From the NCBI GenBank assembly GCA_048884785.1, contig JBHLQM010000054.1, positions 1,617 through 25,829 on the forward strand: a stretch of DNA of 24,213 bases. The letters are read 5' to 3'. The translations under genes were made by a program, and so were the position numbers. This document shows, piece by piece, positions 24,212-24,213 of the stretch (the stretch's first letter is position 1; every line of letters starts with the position of its first letter). Under the pieces are notes generated by a model. That model searched no databases. It worked only from the letters and a program-made list of their open reading frames with translations, and had not been told where the DNA came from. Source of the stretch: Candidatus Thorarchaeota archaeon. GTDB taxonomy: Archaea > Asgardarchaeota > Thorarchaeia > Thorarchaeales > Thorarchaeaceae.

Positions 24212-24213
24212 TG

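Overview
Archaeal-type chromosomal window, most likely from an Asgard archaeon of the Thorarchaeota type. That assignment is an inference from the NosD-like beta-helix surface protein family, the C-terminal TM anchors, the Shine-Dalgarno style and the gene content. The left 13.7 kb is a co-oriented cluster of large exported proteins. Three of them are tightly coupled. (1) A 5'-truncated protein of >1370 aa with an amphipathic beta-strand region, about 26 DxDxDGLxD (TSP3-like Ca-binding) repeats, a TM anchor and a Lys-rich tail. (2) A 1956-aa secreted protein apparently made of five beta-propellers (FG-GAP/VCBS-like and NHL) nested inside one another, plus a split jelly-roll domain. (3) A membrane-anchored protein with a papain/transglutaminase-like Cys-His-Asn signature and an FN3 domain. 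This trio is the best candidate for an undescribed surface adhesin/matrix system with its own processing or cross-linking enzyme. A NosD-like beta-helix gene follows it. The right 10.5 kb holds mostly housekeeping or accessory genes: tandem PRC-barrel protein, RidA, two membrane proteins, an internally deleted surface-protein relic, carbamate kinase, ADP-ribosylglycohydrolase, C69/secernin peptidase, crotonase-family enzyme, zinc-ribbon protein, SGNH hydrolase, TPR protein and a SAM methyltransferase. I saw no rRNA, tRNA, CRISPR array or transposase. All domain calls were made by eye from motifs; no database searches were run.
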